IMG/VR virus record: IMGVR_UViG_3300045988_057942 | Length of the DNA: 64,000 nt | Reading direction: 5' to 3' (one strand) | Origin: a virus | Shown here: positions 28,044 through 38,856 of the stretch, one piece after another | Position numbering within the stretch: position 1 is the stretch's first letter | Layout: each line of letters starts with the position of its first letter | Notes under the pieces: generated by a model | Seen by the model: only the letters and a program-made list of their open reading frames with translations | Database searches by the model: none | What the model was told of the DNA's origin: nothing | Translations under genes and position numbers: made by a program

Positions 28044-30290
28044 ATGCCTAGAAAAAATAAAACTATTCATATAAGTGACATGCCTAGTGAATTTAAAGGT
28101 ACAGTTACTAAAGATGGCAGATTTATTAAAAGTGGTATTCCTCCACTTGGTGGAGTTTATGATAAAGTAGCTAAAACTACCGGATTAATAAGACTTGGTA
28201 ATGAATTTCTTTATAATGGTATTAATAATTTAATACCTAGAAATGATAGAGAACAATTAATGGATAATACTGCCGGTAGACTTGTTGATTATGTTAAGAA
28301 TTTTAATAAAGAATCTTTTCCTAATGATGAAGACCTTGGACCAACTTTTCCATTTAATATTATTCAAACTCCTAGAACTAATGGAAGAAATATCCCACAA
28401 AAACAATATGCTACTGGTGGAAAAGTTCCTAATGTAGTTGATGGTGGTATTGCTCATCCTCTTGGTAATAATTTCTTTTATATGAATGGAAGAAAACATA
28501 GTCAAGGTGGTATTGATATTGGTCCTAGTGATAAAACTGGTATTGAAGTAGAAGATGGTGAAATTGTAGAAACTAATGGTGATGAACTTAAAGTTTATTC
28601 TGCTCAACCAATTATTAACGGAGTTAGTCCTGCTAAATTAGTTATGGGTGGAGCTAATCCTAATAAAGTATTTAAAGCTCAAGAAGATTTTAAAGATAGA
28701 AATAAAATTAATGATGATGGTACTATAAAAGCTATGGGTGGTTTAAGCAGAGATAAAGATTATGGTTCTAAAAAGAAACCTTATCCTAGTGTAGCTAAAA
28801 AAGATTTTGCTGGAGGACATAGAAGTTATCCTATTCCTACTAAAGCTGATGCTATTGATGCTTTAAGATTAGCTGGATTACATGGAAGAAGTGATGTTAA
28901 AGCTAAAGTCTATAATAAATATCCTGAACTTAGAAAGAAAGGTAGTAATGGATTGATTGTTAGTATTAGTGGTAATGTTAAGAATGGATTACTTCATTCT
29001 CCATCCTCTACGGGGGGTCGGCACGACAAACTTAGGGATGGTGGAAAACGTATTAATCGTCATGGTAGAACTTGGGAATATGATGAAGATAACGGATATT
29101 ATATTCCAATAACTGATAGAACTATTACTAGAACAAGTTCATATCCTATTGATAAATCTGCTAGAGGTGAAACTGTTTCTGGTTCTGAATATACATTTAG
29201 AAATGGAAGATGGCATAAAAATAAATCTAATACTTCTAATGATAATCCTACTAAAAATTCTGAAGTAGATAATGGAAATCGTCGTCCTCAATATTATGCA
29301 GAACGCGAACTTCCCTTATTTGATGATGGACCTGCTATTACTAGCGGTCTTGTTAGAGCTGGTTGGAGTCATAGTAATAATAAAAATATAACTGTTGATA
29401 ATACTAATATTCCAAATTTGCCTGCTACTAAATCTAAAGGGAATACCCCCCGTAGAGGAAGGAATAAGTCAAGTCAATCAGTTCAATCTAGTTCTACTAA
29501 AACTCCTCCTACTGCTACTTATAATCGTAATCTTCCTACTATAGAAGCTAGTATTCCTACTACTTTACCTGTTTCTACTAGTACTCCTGCTAAACAATCT
29601 AGTCAATCTGATGGTAAAGGTCAAGGTAAATTTAAAAACATTACTACTGCTGATTGGATAGGTCTTGGTAGTAATATTGCTGGAGGATTAGGTAGTTATT
29701 TTGCAAGTAAACGAGCTATTAATAAAATGAGAGGTCCTGGCAGACCTACTCTTATTAGTGCTAATAAACTTAAAACTAAATATAATATTAATCCTCAACT
29801 TGATAGAATTAGAGAAGATAAATTTGAAGCTTATCGTGATATTGATTCTAATACTGCTAGTAGTCGTGTAGGTTTAGCTCGTAAACAAAGAGTTCGTAAT
29901 GCTGCTGGTCAAGCTGTTAATCAACTTTATGGTGAAAAAGAAAATATTGAAACTAATCTTATTAATCAAGATAGACGTAATCAACAAAGTGTACGTCAAT
30001 TTAATGCTCAACAATACAATCAATATATAGATAGAAAAACAGCATTTGATAATGGTATTAGAGAAGCTAAACTTACTAATGTAAATAATTTATTTACTGG
30101 AATTAATGCTGGTATTCAAGATATGATTAGTAGATATGAAAATCGTAAAGCTTTAAATAATACTATTGGTGCTATGAGAGCATCTGCTCCTAATGTTGAT
30201 GATAGAATAATGAGAGATGCTGGAGTTGATTATGATGAATTTATTATTCGTAAACGTAGAAAACTTGGAGGAAAACAATCATGCCGATAA
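28044..30290 (+). CDS. large virion/ejection protein (748 aa)
   Basis: ORF. Contains an inverted pair of GC elements (28999, 29444) bounding a basic low-complexity segment. Confidence 0.45.
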   Translation: MPRKNKTIHISDMPSEFKGTVTKDGRFIKSGIPPLGGVYDKVAKTTGLIRLGNEFLYNGINNLIPRNDREQLMDNTAGRLVDYVKNFNKESFPNDEDLGPTFPFNIIQTPRTNGRNIPQKQYATGGKVPNVVDGGIAHPLGNNFFYMNGRKHSQGGIDIGPSDKTGIEVEDGEIVETNGDELKVYSAQPIINGVSPAKLVMGGANPNKVFKAQEDFKDRNKINDDGTIKAMGGLSRDKDYGSKKKPYPSVAKKDFAGGHRSYPIPTKADAIDALRLAGLHGRSDVKAKVYNKYPELRKKGSNGLIVSISGNVKNGLLHSPSSTGGRHDKLRDGGKRINRHGRTWEYDEDNGYYIPITDRTITRTSSYPIDKSARGETVSGSEYTFRNGRWHKNKSNTSNDNPTKNSEVDNGNRRPQYYAERELPLFDDGPAITSGLVRAGWSHSNNKNITVDNTNIPNLPATKSKGNTPRRGRNKSSQSVQSSSTKTPPTATYNRNLPTIEASIPTTLPVSTSTPAKQSSQSDGKGQGKFKNITTADWIGLGSNIAGGLGSYFASKRAINKMRGPGRPTLISANKLKTKYNINPQLDRIREDKFEAYRDIDSNTASSRVGLARKQRVRNAAGQAVNQLYGEKENIETNLINQDRRNQQSVRQFNAQQYNQYIDRKTAFDNGIREAKLTNVNNLFTGINAGIQDMISRYENRKALNNTIGAMRASAPNVDDRIMRDAGVDYDEFIIRKRRKLGGKQSCR
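28999..29027 (+). repeat. GC-element copy (forward), in-frame in ORF 28044
   Basis: CTCCATCCTCTACGGGGGGTCGGCACGAC (SPSSTGGRHD). Confidence 0.7.
29444..29465 (-). repeat. GC-element copy (reverse, variant), in-frame in ORF 28044
   Basis: TACCCCCCGTAGAGGAAGGAAT (NTPRRGRN). Confidence 0.6.
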
Positions 30291-32851
30291 ACTTTTATAC
30301 TCCTACTTTTAGACAACAAGTTAATCCTATTGACTTAAATGTTTTAGCTAAAACTTATAATACTCTTGAACAAGGACATCAACAAGCTATTCAAACTAAA
30401 TCTCAAATTGATGCTCAACTTGCTCAATTAGATTTAAATGAAGCTGAAGATGCTTGGCGTCAAGAACAACTTAATAAAATTCGAAATGCTCTTACAGAGA
30501 ATATGCAATATGGAAATGCTTATTCTAGTCTTGATGATATAGTTGGTACTTATGGAGATATAACTTCTAGTCCTGGAATGATTGGTCGTTTACGTGCTCA
30601 ACAAGATTATAAGACTTATATGAATAATCTTGATAAACGTAATGATTTATCCGAAGATTATAAAAATTATTATCGTGCTGTTAATAAATATAACTATCAA
30701 GATATAACTGATAAGAATGGTAATGTTGTTGGTGGAACTAAATGGACTCCTACAGATAGAGAAGTTTCTGAAGTTCCTATGAATCAAATACTCAATCAAG
30801 CATTACAATGGGCTGCTAAAGAACAAGGTGGTAGTAGTCAAACTAGATGGCTTGATGCTAGTGGTAAAGTTACTGATGATATTACTAAATCAGTTACAGG
30901 AGAAATTTATTCTCATAGTAAAGGTCAATGGCAAAGATTAAGTAAAGCTAAACTTGCTGAAGCTGTTAAAGCTGTTATAGAAAATACTCCTGGTGCTAAA
31001 GCTAGTCTTGACCAAGATTATAAGATTGCTAAATGGAAGTATGACCAAAATGGAAGTAATCCTGATATAACAGATAAAAATGGTATTCTTCTTACTCCTG
31101 AACAATATCTTGCTAAACGTATTGACCCTTTCTATAATGCTGCTACTTTTTATAATCAAACTAGTGATACTACATATGGTGCTGCATGGAAAGCTCAATT
31201 AGCATTAGCTCAGAAAACTGCTGCTAATAATACTCAAAGAAAACAAGCTATTGATAATTTAACTTATAAAGGTACTCCTGTTCGTATTGATAATTTTATG
31301 CCTGCACAAGCTCAAGCTGAAATTACTACTAATAGACAATCAATAGCTGGACTTCTTACTAAATATAATCCTGATATTAATATTGATTTAAGTACTGCTG
31401 ATACAGATGTTATTAGAAATAGTATTATGAGTAATATTAGCAATCCTACTGATAGAGCATATGCGCTTAGTTATCTTAATGATATTATTGATAATCAAGA
31501 ATATATTAATAATCTTAAAGTTGGTAAATCCGAAGATAATATTTATGGATTTGATACTTATAATGCTATTATTAGTTTAAGTGATTTACCTTCTAATAAA
31601 TATTCTAAGACATATAGTAAATATGTTAATCAGATATTTGGAGATAGTTCTGCTATTAGACAATACTTTAATAATGACGATGTATATAATTCATTTATTA
31701 GTGCTTTAGGTGGAGAGAAAAAAGCGGCTAGTCTTGGTATAAGATTTGGTTCTGATGGTAATGGTTATAGATATGCTGAATTACCTAAAGATTATCATAA
31801 ATCTATTTATAGTTTTGGTAAAGCTGTTAAAGAAGCTGAAGATACTAGAAATCCTTTAAATGCTTTTCTTAATTCTGCTAAGACTAGATTTTTTGGTTAC
31901 GGTGATAAATTTGTTCGAGTTGACTCTAATGGTGAAGAACATCATGCTGGATTGCCAACAGGTAATAAAGAACCTTATATTGGTTTAGTTAATTATGTTG
32001 ATTCTCTTAAATCTAAAAATGATGCTGTTCTTGATGGTGGCAAAATAACTTCTTCTACTATTGGTATTAGCGCTTTAACTCCTGAATTAGCTGAAATTAA
32101 TTTTATGATGAATGCTAATCCTGAGAAAGCTAGTCAACTTTCTGCTTATAAGAAGAATAAAGAAGAACAAGCTATGATGGCTATTCGTAGTGGCATTGAT
32201 TTAACTCAAGGTGAAGCTTATATTACTAGTGAAAATGGAATATTTGAGCCTATGACTTCTGAGGATAGAAAAGCTTATACAGCTTATCTTAGAAGCGCTA
32301 AAGAAAATGAGATTACTCCTACTATTGTTCGTGACCCAAAAACTGGGGATGTTGGAGTTCAAATTAATATTGCAGGTTACTATGATACAGAAGGTAAACT
32401 TAAAAGAGAACCTATTACTTTACTTGTAGGTAGTGGTGCTATTGATAGTTCTATTATTCAATCTTGGAATCAAGATACTAGTTGGAGAGCTGCCGGTAAA
32501 GTAGAAAATTATTATAATGCTAATAGACCTATTTCTCTTACTAATAATGCTGCATTTACTGGAATTGATAAATTTAAATTAGTACCTAATGGTGGAGGTT
32601 TTAATTTAATTAATTCTACTAATAATCAAACTATTGGTTTAGTAAGTAAAGAAAATGCTGTTGATATTGTAGATAATTTATCTCAATGGGAACAAACTGT
32701 AACTGCTGTTAAAGCTGGTATGGCAGTAGATGAAAATGCTGTTAAAGCTATTCAACAAAATGTTGCTACTAAACTTGCTCAACTTAGTGGTAGTTCAGAC
32801 CCTTATGTTATTCAATATTACTACGATGAATTAACTAATAATCTATATTAA
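30281..32851 (+). CDS. large virion/ejection protein (856 aa)
   Basis: ORF in the operon. Confidence 0.45.
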   Translation: MPINFYTPTFRQQVNPIDLNVLAKTYNTLEQGHQQAIQTKSQIDAQLAQLDLNEAEDAWRQEQLNKIRNALTENMQYGNAYSSLDDIVGTYGDITSSPGMIGRLRAQQDYKTYMNNLDKRNDLSEDYKNYYRAVNKYNYQDITDKNGNVVGGTKWTPTDREVSEVPMNQILNQALQWAAKEQGGSSQTRWLDASGKVTDDITKSVTGEIYSHSKGQWQRLSKAKLAEAVKAVIENTPGAKASLDQDYKIAKWKYDQNGSNPDITDKNGILLTPEQYLAKRIDPFYNAATFYNQTSDTTYGAAWKAQLALAQKTAANNTQRKQAIDNLTYKGTPVRIDNFMPAQAQAEITTNRQSIAGLLTKYNPDINIDLSTADTDVIRNSIMSNISNPTDRAYALSYLNDIIDNQEYINNLKVGKSEDNIYGFDTYNAIISLSDLPSNKYSKTYSKYVNQIFGDSSAIRQYFNNDDVYNSFISALGGEKKAASLGIRFGSDGNGYRYAELPKDYHKSIYSFGKAVKEAEDTRNPLNAFLNSAKTRFFGYGDKFVRVDSNGEEHHAGLPTGNKEPYIGLVNYVDSLKSKNDAVLDGGKITSSTIGISALTPELAEINFMMNANPEKASQLSAYKKNKEEQAMMAIRSGIDLTQGEAYITSENGIFEPMTSEDRKAYTAYLRSAKENEITPTIVRDPKTGDVGVQINIAGYYDTEGKLKREPITLLVGSGAIDSSIIQSWNQDTSWRAAGKVENYYNANRPISLTNNAAFTGIDKFKLVPNGGGFNLINSTNNQTIGLVSKENAVDIVDNLSQWEQTVTAVKAGMAVDENAVKAIQQNVATKLAQLSGSSDPYVIQYYYDELTNNLY

Positions 32852-32852
32852 T

Positions 32853-35800
32853 ATGGATGTATTAAAGTTTCTACAAGGTGGTAATCAAACACCTAATCCT
32901 AAATATAATCCTAAAACTAAAAAGGGGGCTATACAGCCTCCTACTTTAGTTGATTACAACCCTGGCACTTCTATTAGTGACCGGGGTCGTGGTCGTTTAT
33001 TTGGTCGTATTGCTGAACAATCATATAATCTTAATCAATATAATATAGATAAATATGCTCCTTATGATGTTTATGTTAATCCTGTTGATGACCATGAAAA
33101 ACTTGATAAAGAACGTGCTGTTAATCAAAGTAATTGGGAACAAGGATTAAGAATGATTGGACAGATTGGTAATGAGATTACTGTTGGTACAGCTATTGGT
33201 TTTGCTGATTTAGCTGATGCTTTCTATAATATGGTTAGTAATAGTCCTAATGATTATCAATCTGAAATAAGTTCTGAACTTGAATCTTTAAAAGAATCTA
33301 TTAATGAACGTTTAGCTATATATAGAGAAAATCCTAATGCTGCTTTTGATATTGGAGATTTTGCTTGGTGGGCTAGCAATGCTCCTAGTATAGCTAGTTC
33401 GTTAACTCTTATGGTTCCTAGTACAGGTCTTGCTAAAGGTGTTTCTTTATTAGGTAAAAGTATAAAGTTTAATAAATTAGCTAATAAAATGGCTAATGCT
33501 ATTAATATGACTCAAAAGAGTAGAGCCATTACTGGTAGAATAGCAGAAGCTACTGCTATTGGAGTTCCTTCTCGTTATCTTGAAAATTATCAAGAAGCTA
33601 GACAAACTTATAATGATATTGAAGATTATTCTAAAACTCAACTTGCTAATATGAATGATAAACAAAGGGAAGAGTTTTATAATAATAATCCTAAATATAG
33701 AGATATGTCTGATGAAGAAGTAGCTAAAGATATTGCTAAAAATAGTGCTGATGTTACTTTTGCTGAAGATTGGGCTAATGTTCTTTTTGATGTATGGCAA
33801 GTTTATAGTTTAAAGAACTTATGGAAAAATGCTTTAAGTGGTAATACAACTAGTTCTAGACTTAGAAATTTAAATACTGCATTTAATAGTAATATTGATG
33901 ATGCCGCTGCAATTACTAATGCTTTAAGTAATAAAACTACTAAACAAGCAATTACTAGTACATTAAAAGATATAGGTGATGATATACTTCATGGAGTAAG
34001 AGCGGAATGGACAGAAGGTGTTGAAGAAGCTATTAACTATATAGCTAGTCAAGATGGTATGTATAATGGTAAAAAAGTATTTGATAAAGATATTCCTCAA
34101 CAAACTATTAAAGATTATCTTCAAGACCCTATGTTATGGGAACAAGCATTTTGGGGTGCTCTTGGTGGTATCACTTTTAGTAGTGTTATGAATAAAGCTG
34201 GAGAATTTATTAATAAACGTCTTGATAAAGATTGGACTTCTGCTGAAAAACAAAGAGAAAATGAAATTCTTGGTCGTACTGCTACTTTTCAAGCATATCA
34301 AGAAAGACTTAATAGTATAGCTAATGGTAAAAATCCATTTATAACTATTACTGATGAAAATGGTCAACAGGTTAATCCAGATATTATTACTGGTACTGAA
34401 GAAGAACTTCGTAATATAGCTGAAAAAGAATATATGGATAATATTATTATTAATTCTATGAACGCTGGTAATTTAGGACTTCTTGAAAGTTCTATTAATA
34501 GTAAAGAATTTAATGATAGTATTACTAATAAACTTGGATTACAACAACAAGATAGTATTGAACTTATTAATAGATTTAAAACTGAAATTAATAATATTAA
34601 AAATGAATATAATACTACTTTAAATAAAGTTAATAGACTTGGTGGTGGATTTGAAGTTGGTCGTATTATAGCTACTCAAATGGTTCATGCTCGTAATCGT
34701 CAAGAAAATTATAATAATCTTCTTAATTGGGCTAATAATGTTTTAAATCAAGATATTACAAATAATCATATTGAAGATGTTGATATTACTTCTGCTAAAA
34801 ATGGTATATATCAACATATTCTTGATAGTATTCAAAGAGATATTAAAACTATTCAAGATAATGCTGCAATTAATGATTCAGTTAAACAAGAACGTATTGC
34901 TCAATTAAATGAACGTCTAGATGCTATTAATAAACTTTATACTCCTATTGATATTGAAAATAAAAATGATATTCAATCAGCTATTCAACTTCAAAAACAA
35001 TATAATGAAGTATTTAAAGATTTAGCAGAAGTTGTTAATGCTGAAATTAATGTTGAAGTTAATAAAAATCAACTTAATTTATCTGATGATAATATTAAAT
35101 CTCGTATAACTTATCTTAATAACTTCTTTGATAATAGTCGTAAAAAGATTGTTAATAAAGCTATGGACGATTTACGTAATGCTTATAAACAATATGGTAA
35201 AGAATATGTTAATTCTGTTATTAAAGATGCTAATAATGGTAATAAACCCAATATAGATAAAGTTATTAGAGATGCTTATGCTGCACTTGATTTAAGTTCT
35301 AAAGGTAATGAACATCTTAAAAATACAATAGAACAATTAGCTGAAATTGCAAAGATTGAAAATGATGTTAATAATACTCCTAAAGAGGAAGAAGTTGCTC
35401 CTGTTAATCCTGATGTTAATGAAGTTAATGAAACTGATGTAGATGATACTAACTCATCTCCATCCTCCACGGGGAGTATAGCGGAGCGAAGCGAAGCGGT
35501 TCTTAGTGAGCCTACTAATACTGAACAACTTCAATCTCAAACTGAACAACCAATTTCTCAAGAACCTATTAGTACTCCTAAGCCTGAAGTTAATAATACT
35601 CTTCCAGATGATGATTTTGAACGTGGTCAAATAGGTACTGATTTAGTTTATGAAAGTATTGCTGATTTAGAAGATTCTTTAGGACATGAATCTACTAGTA
35701 GTGATTTACTTAATGCTAGACAATCTTTTATTGATAAACTTAGTCAAGCTGGATTTGAACAAACAGAAGCTGCTGATATAGTTAATAATATTATTGATGG

Positions 35801-38726
35801 TCTTACAGGAGGTAGTTTATATAGTTCTGTTCAAGATGATAGCACTAGACGTTTATTACTTAATGCTACTTATGCTACTGTTACAGGTAATGAACGCAAT
35901 ATAGAAGCTATTATGGATGATTTTGCTAATAGTGTTGATAGTGAAGGTAATACTAGAGGTAAAATTGTTAATGGTAAAGTCTATCTTAGTATTGGTCAAT
36001 TAGTTGAATATATAGATGGTATTACAGGAAATAAAATTATTAAAAATTATTTGTTTAATCAAATAAAAAACTATCTTTACGCAAGCACTAATAATCAAGG
36101 TAAATATCGTGCTACTGATGAATCAACTATTAAGAAACTTAATGCTAAACAATTTGTTCAATATGTAGATGGTATTACTAAAGAACGTCTTGAAAGACTT
36201 CAAGTTGAACATACTAATAATGTTAATCTTAAGTATATAGTAGAGAATGAAAATGTTAAAGCATTTACTAGTATTAAGCAAGGTGATTATTTAGAAGCTG
36301 TATATAATATTAAACTTAAACGTATTGATATTTTTGCTAAAGATACAATTATTGGTTATATAGGAGTTCCAAATATTGATAAGTTTGGTAATTATGATAT
36401 GGTTAACCAAGGTTGGAAATATAATATTCATGCTGAAAATGGTCAAGTTATTTCTCCACTTAAAGACGCTTTAATTAGTATTCTTGATGGTGATAGATTT
36501 GATGAAGAATTTATTGGTCATTTATATGAACTTGCTGTTAAAGAAGAAGTTACACAAGAAGAACTTGTTAATCTATTTAAAGAATTTGAAACTAAATATC
36601 CTGATATAGTTAGAGATTTTACTACTCCTGTTGCAAGTTTTGATTTAGCTGGACATCTTGTTAATCTTACTAAATATATATTTAATCAACCTTATGAAAA
36701 CAGTCATGAAGCTAGTATTAATCGTTGGTTTAATAATCTTCTTAATAGTTATGACCAAGCTATTACAATAGTTAAAGGTGACTTTAAAGGTAAAGTTAAA
36801 GCTGTTAATGTTAAATATGGAGTTCTTAATACTATTGATGATGCTAATGGCGAATGGAATGATGTACAAGAAACAGTAGTTAATTATAGCGAAGATGTTA
36901 ATAAACTTGGTGTAGTTGTACAAGGTCAAGTATATCTTAATGGAGAAAGCAAACCTACTATTATTGAAAATCTTACTACTAATGGTATGCCTGTTATTAG
37001 TATTCCAAGTAGTGACGGTACTTCTTTATATGCTTTTTGTAAACAAGTTCCATTAAATAGTAATCTACTTAAAGGTGATGCTCGACGTATTACTAATTCT
37101 ATTAAGAATGAAGTTAATAATCTTTGTAGAGATTATATTAGTGGTAAAATAAGTTTTGGTGAACTTAAACAAAGTCTTGGAGATATATTTGGAAATAATA
37201 AACTTATTAACGGAGATAGAAATACTGGACTTCAAATTAGTATTAATCCTACTAATATAGGTTTTTATGTTAAAGGTGCACATTTTAATGGTAAGGATTA
37301 TGCTTTTACTATTAATTCTGATGCTGGTAATTATAAACGTAATATTATTATTAATTCTCCTTATGTTGTTAATAGTGCTTTTAAAATAGGTAAAAGTTAT
37401 GGAATTAATGCTAGTACTATTGATGAATTAGATAATGCTCTTCGTCCTGTTATTGATGAAATGTTTAACTATGCTCAATTTGCTATTAGTAAAGATTTTA
37501 TTAATGATAGTACAAAAACTAATAATAAAACTAATAAATATATTTATCGCGAAAATGGTAAAACTATTATAAATATTGATGGTGAAACTTATTCTTATAA
37601 TAGTTATCAAGATTTTATTATTAGTAATGGTTTAATTAGAACTAAGTTAGCTAATACCAATACAGATGATACTGCTGGCAATTGGAAAGTTGATATACAT
37701 TCCCATCTTGATATTGCTTATGAGTTAGAGGGTAGACCCCCCGTGGAGGATGGAGTTATACCTGAACAGCTATCTGAGTTTATGCTAGATGATACAGTTA
37801 ATGCTATCAATATTAATTCTTTTGAATCTGCTTTAACTGCTAATAATCTTACTAGAGGTCTTAAAAAATACTTTGCTAATGACCAAACTGCTATTGATTA
37901 TATCGATGCTCTTCAAAAACTTAATATATTACCAAAAAATGTTCAAGTAGTTGATAGTCTTATAGATAACAATGGCAATCAAGTTAATGCTGTTTATCAT
38001 CGTAGTACTGATACTATTGAACTTAATAGTTCTTCTATTGCTGGTCAAAGAGTTTATAGAGTTGTTAATATTATAGTTCATGAAAGTTTACATAGACAAC
38101 TTTATACTAAGTATAATACCGAACAAGCAATCGCTTTAGTTAAACCTATTTATGATAAGTTTAAGACTTGGCTTGATACTCAAGATGATTCTACTAAAGA
38201 AAGACTTAAGCCATATCTATTTGAAAGTTTTGATACTGCCGAAGCTTTAGAAGAATTCCTTGTTGAAAGTATTACTAGTAATGCTCTTATGACTGCTCTT
38301 AATGAAATAAAAGATGACAATAGAAAAACTAGTAAACGTAAGACTCTGTTTAGTAGACTTCTTGAAGTTATTGCTGATATGCTTGGTATCAAGATTAATG
38401 AAAATAGTTTATTAGCTTCTGCTAGAGATGCTTATAAAGCTATTAAAAAGATGTCTATTGAAACTAATCAAGAAGCTACTCAAGGTACTTTTAAATTTGA
38501 AGAACCTGTTATCAATACTGAACAAACTGAAAATCCTAACGAAGATATAAGTCAAGAATATAATTATAATAATGATAATCTTAATGATGGACTTGATATG
38601 TTTAGTAGTATTGATGATGATATAGTGCTGAATATGGCTGAATTGACTAGCCGTTTGCCAATAGCACAACAGTCCGAATTTGCCACTTTGCTTGACACAG
38701 GACGCATCAGTTTTAGCTGTATGTAG
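32853..38726 (+). CDS. very large virion/ejection protein (1957 aa) with HEXXH motif
   Basis: HESLH at nt 38079-38093 followed by NTEQAIA. A zincin-like peptidase domain is possible. The C-terminal 85 nt are GC-richer than the rest. Confidence 0.45.
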   Translation: MDVLKFLQGGNQTPNPKYNPKTKKGAIQPPTLVDYNPGTSISDRGRGRLFGRIAEQSYNLNQYNIDKYAPYDVYVNPVDDHEKLDKERAVNQSNWEQGLRMIGQIGNEITVGTAIGFADLADAFYNMVSNSPNDYQSEISSELESLKESINERLAIYRENPNAAFDIGDFAWWASNAPSIASSLTLMVPSTGLAKGVSLLGKSIKFNKLANKMANAINMTQKSRAITGRIAEATAIGVPSRYLENYQEARQTYNDIEDYSKTQLANMNDKQREEFYNNNPKYRDMSDEEVAKDIAKNSADVTFAEDWANVLFDVWQVYSLKNLWKNALSGNTTSSRLRNLNTAFNSNIDDAAAITNALSNKTTKQAITSTLKDIGDDILHGVRAEWTEGVEEAINYIASQDGMYNGKKVFDKDIPQQTIKDYLQDPMLWEQAFWGALGGITFSSVMNKAGEFINKRLDKDWTSAEKQRENEILGRTATFQAYQERLNSIANGKNPFITITDENGQQVNPDIITGTEEELRNIAEKEYMDNIIINSMNAGNLGLLESSINSKEFNDSITNKLGLQQQDSIELINRFKTEINNIKNEYNTTLNKVNRLGGGFEVGRIIATQMVHARNRQENYNNLLNWANNVLNQDITNNHIEDVDITSAKNGIYQHILDSIQRDIKTIQDNAAINDSVKQERIAQLNERLDAINKLYTPIDIENKNDIQSAIQLQKQYNEVFKDLAEVVNAEINVEVNKNQLNLSDDNIKSRITYLNNFFDNSRKKIVNKAMDDLRNAYKQYGKEYVNSVIKDANNGNKPNIDKVIRDAYAALDLSSKGNEHLKNTIEQLAEIAKIENDVNNTPKEEEVAPVNPDVNEVNETDVDDTNSSPSSTGSIAERSEAVLSEPTNTEQLQSQTEQPISQEPISTPKPEVNNTLPDDDFERGQIGTDLVYESIADLEDSLGHESTSSDLLNARQSFIDKLSQAGFEQTEAADIVNNIIDGLTGGSLYSSVQDDSTRRLLLNATYATVTGNERNIEAIMDDFANSVDSEGNTRGKIVNGKVYLSIGQLVEYIDGITGNKIIKNYLFNQIKNYLYASTNNQGKYRATDESTIKKLNAKQFVQYVDGITKERLERLQVEHTNNVNLKYIVENENVKAFTSIKQGDYLEAVYNIKLKRIDIFAKDTIIGYIGVPNIDKFGNYDMVNQGWKYNIHAENGQVISPLKDALISILDGDRFDEEFIGHLYELAVKEEVTQEELVNLFKEFETKYPDIVRDFTTPVASFDLAGHLVNLTKYIFNQPYENSHEASINRWFNNLLNSYDQAITIVKGDFKGKVKAVNVKYGVLNTIDDANGEWNDVQETVVNYSEDVNKLGVVVQGQVYLNGESKPTIIENLTTNGMPVISIPSSDGTSLYAFCKQVPLNSNLLKGDARRITNSIKNEVNNLCRDYISGKISFGELKQSLGDIFGNNKLINGDRNTGLQISINPTNIGFYVKGAHFNGKDYAFTINSDAGNYKRNIIINSPYVVNSAFKIGKSYGINASTIDELDNALRPVIDEMFNYAQFAISKDFINDSTKTNNKTNKYIYRENGKTIINIDGETYSYNSYQDFIISNGLIRTKLANTNTDDTAGNWKVDIHSHLDIAYELEGRPPVEDGVIPEQLSEFMLDDTVNAININSFESALTANNLTRGLKKYFANDQTAIDYIDALQKLNILPKNVQVVDSLIDNNGNQVNAVYHRSTDTIELNSSSIAGQRVYRVVNIIVHESLHRQLYTKYNTEQAIALVKPIYDKFKTWLDTQDDSTKERLKPYLFESFDTAEALEEFLVESITSNALMTALNEIKDDNRKTSKRKTLFSRLLEVIADMLGIKINENSLLASARDAYKAIKKMSIETNQEATQGTFKFEEPVINTEQTENPNEDISQEYNYNNDNLNDGLDMFSSIDDDIVLNMAELTSRLPIAQQSEFATLLDTGRISFSCM
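35458..35499 (+). repeat. GC-element copy (forward) with GCGAAGC mini-hairpin module
   Basis: CTCCATCCTCCACGGGGAGTATAGCGGAGCGAAGCGAAGCGG (SPSSTGSIAERSEAV). Confidence 0.7.
37735..37755 (-). repeat. GC-element copy (reverse), in-frame in ORF 32853
   Basis: GACCCCCCGTGGAGGATGGAG (RPPVEDG). Confidence 0.7.
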
Positions 38727-38772
38727 AATTAATCGAGCAAATATAAAAGTTGCTTAAAACGAAAGAAAACAG

Positions 38773-38819
38773 CCTCTATGACGATGTAATTAAATTTTAC
38801 TTTACATTAGTCATAGAGG
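38773..38819 (+). terminator. hairpin CCTCTATGAC-(27 nt)-GTCATAGAGG between the giant ORFs
   Basis: 10-bp perfect stem. No strong T-run. Role uncertain. Confidence 0.25.
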
Positions 38820-38856
38820 TATTACTATTAATGAATTTAAACTTAAATATAAACTT

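Noticed and set aside
32979-32998. GACCGGGGTCGTGGTCG as another GC-element copy
   Set aside because: It matches only a ~9-nt part of the core, and an RGRGR-coding sequence explains it.
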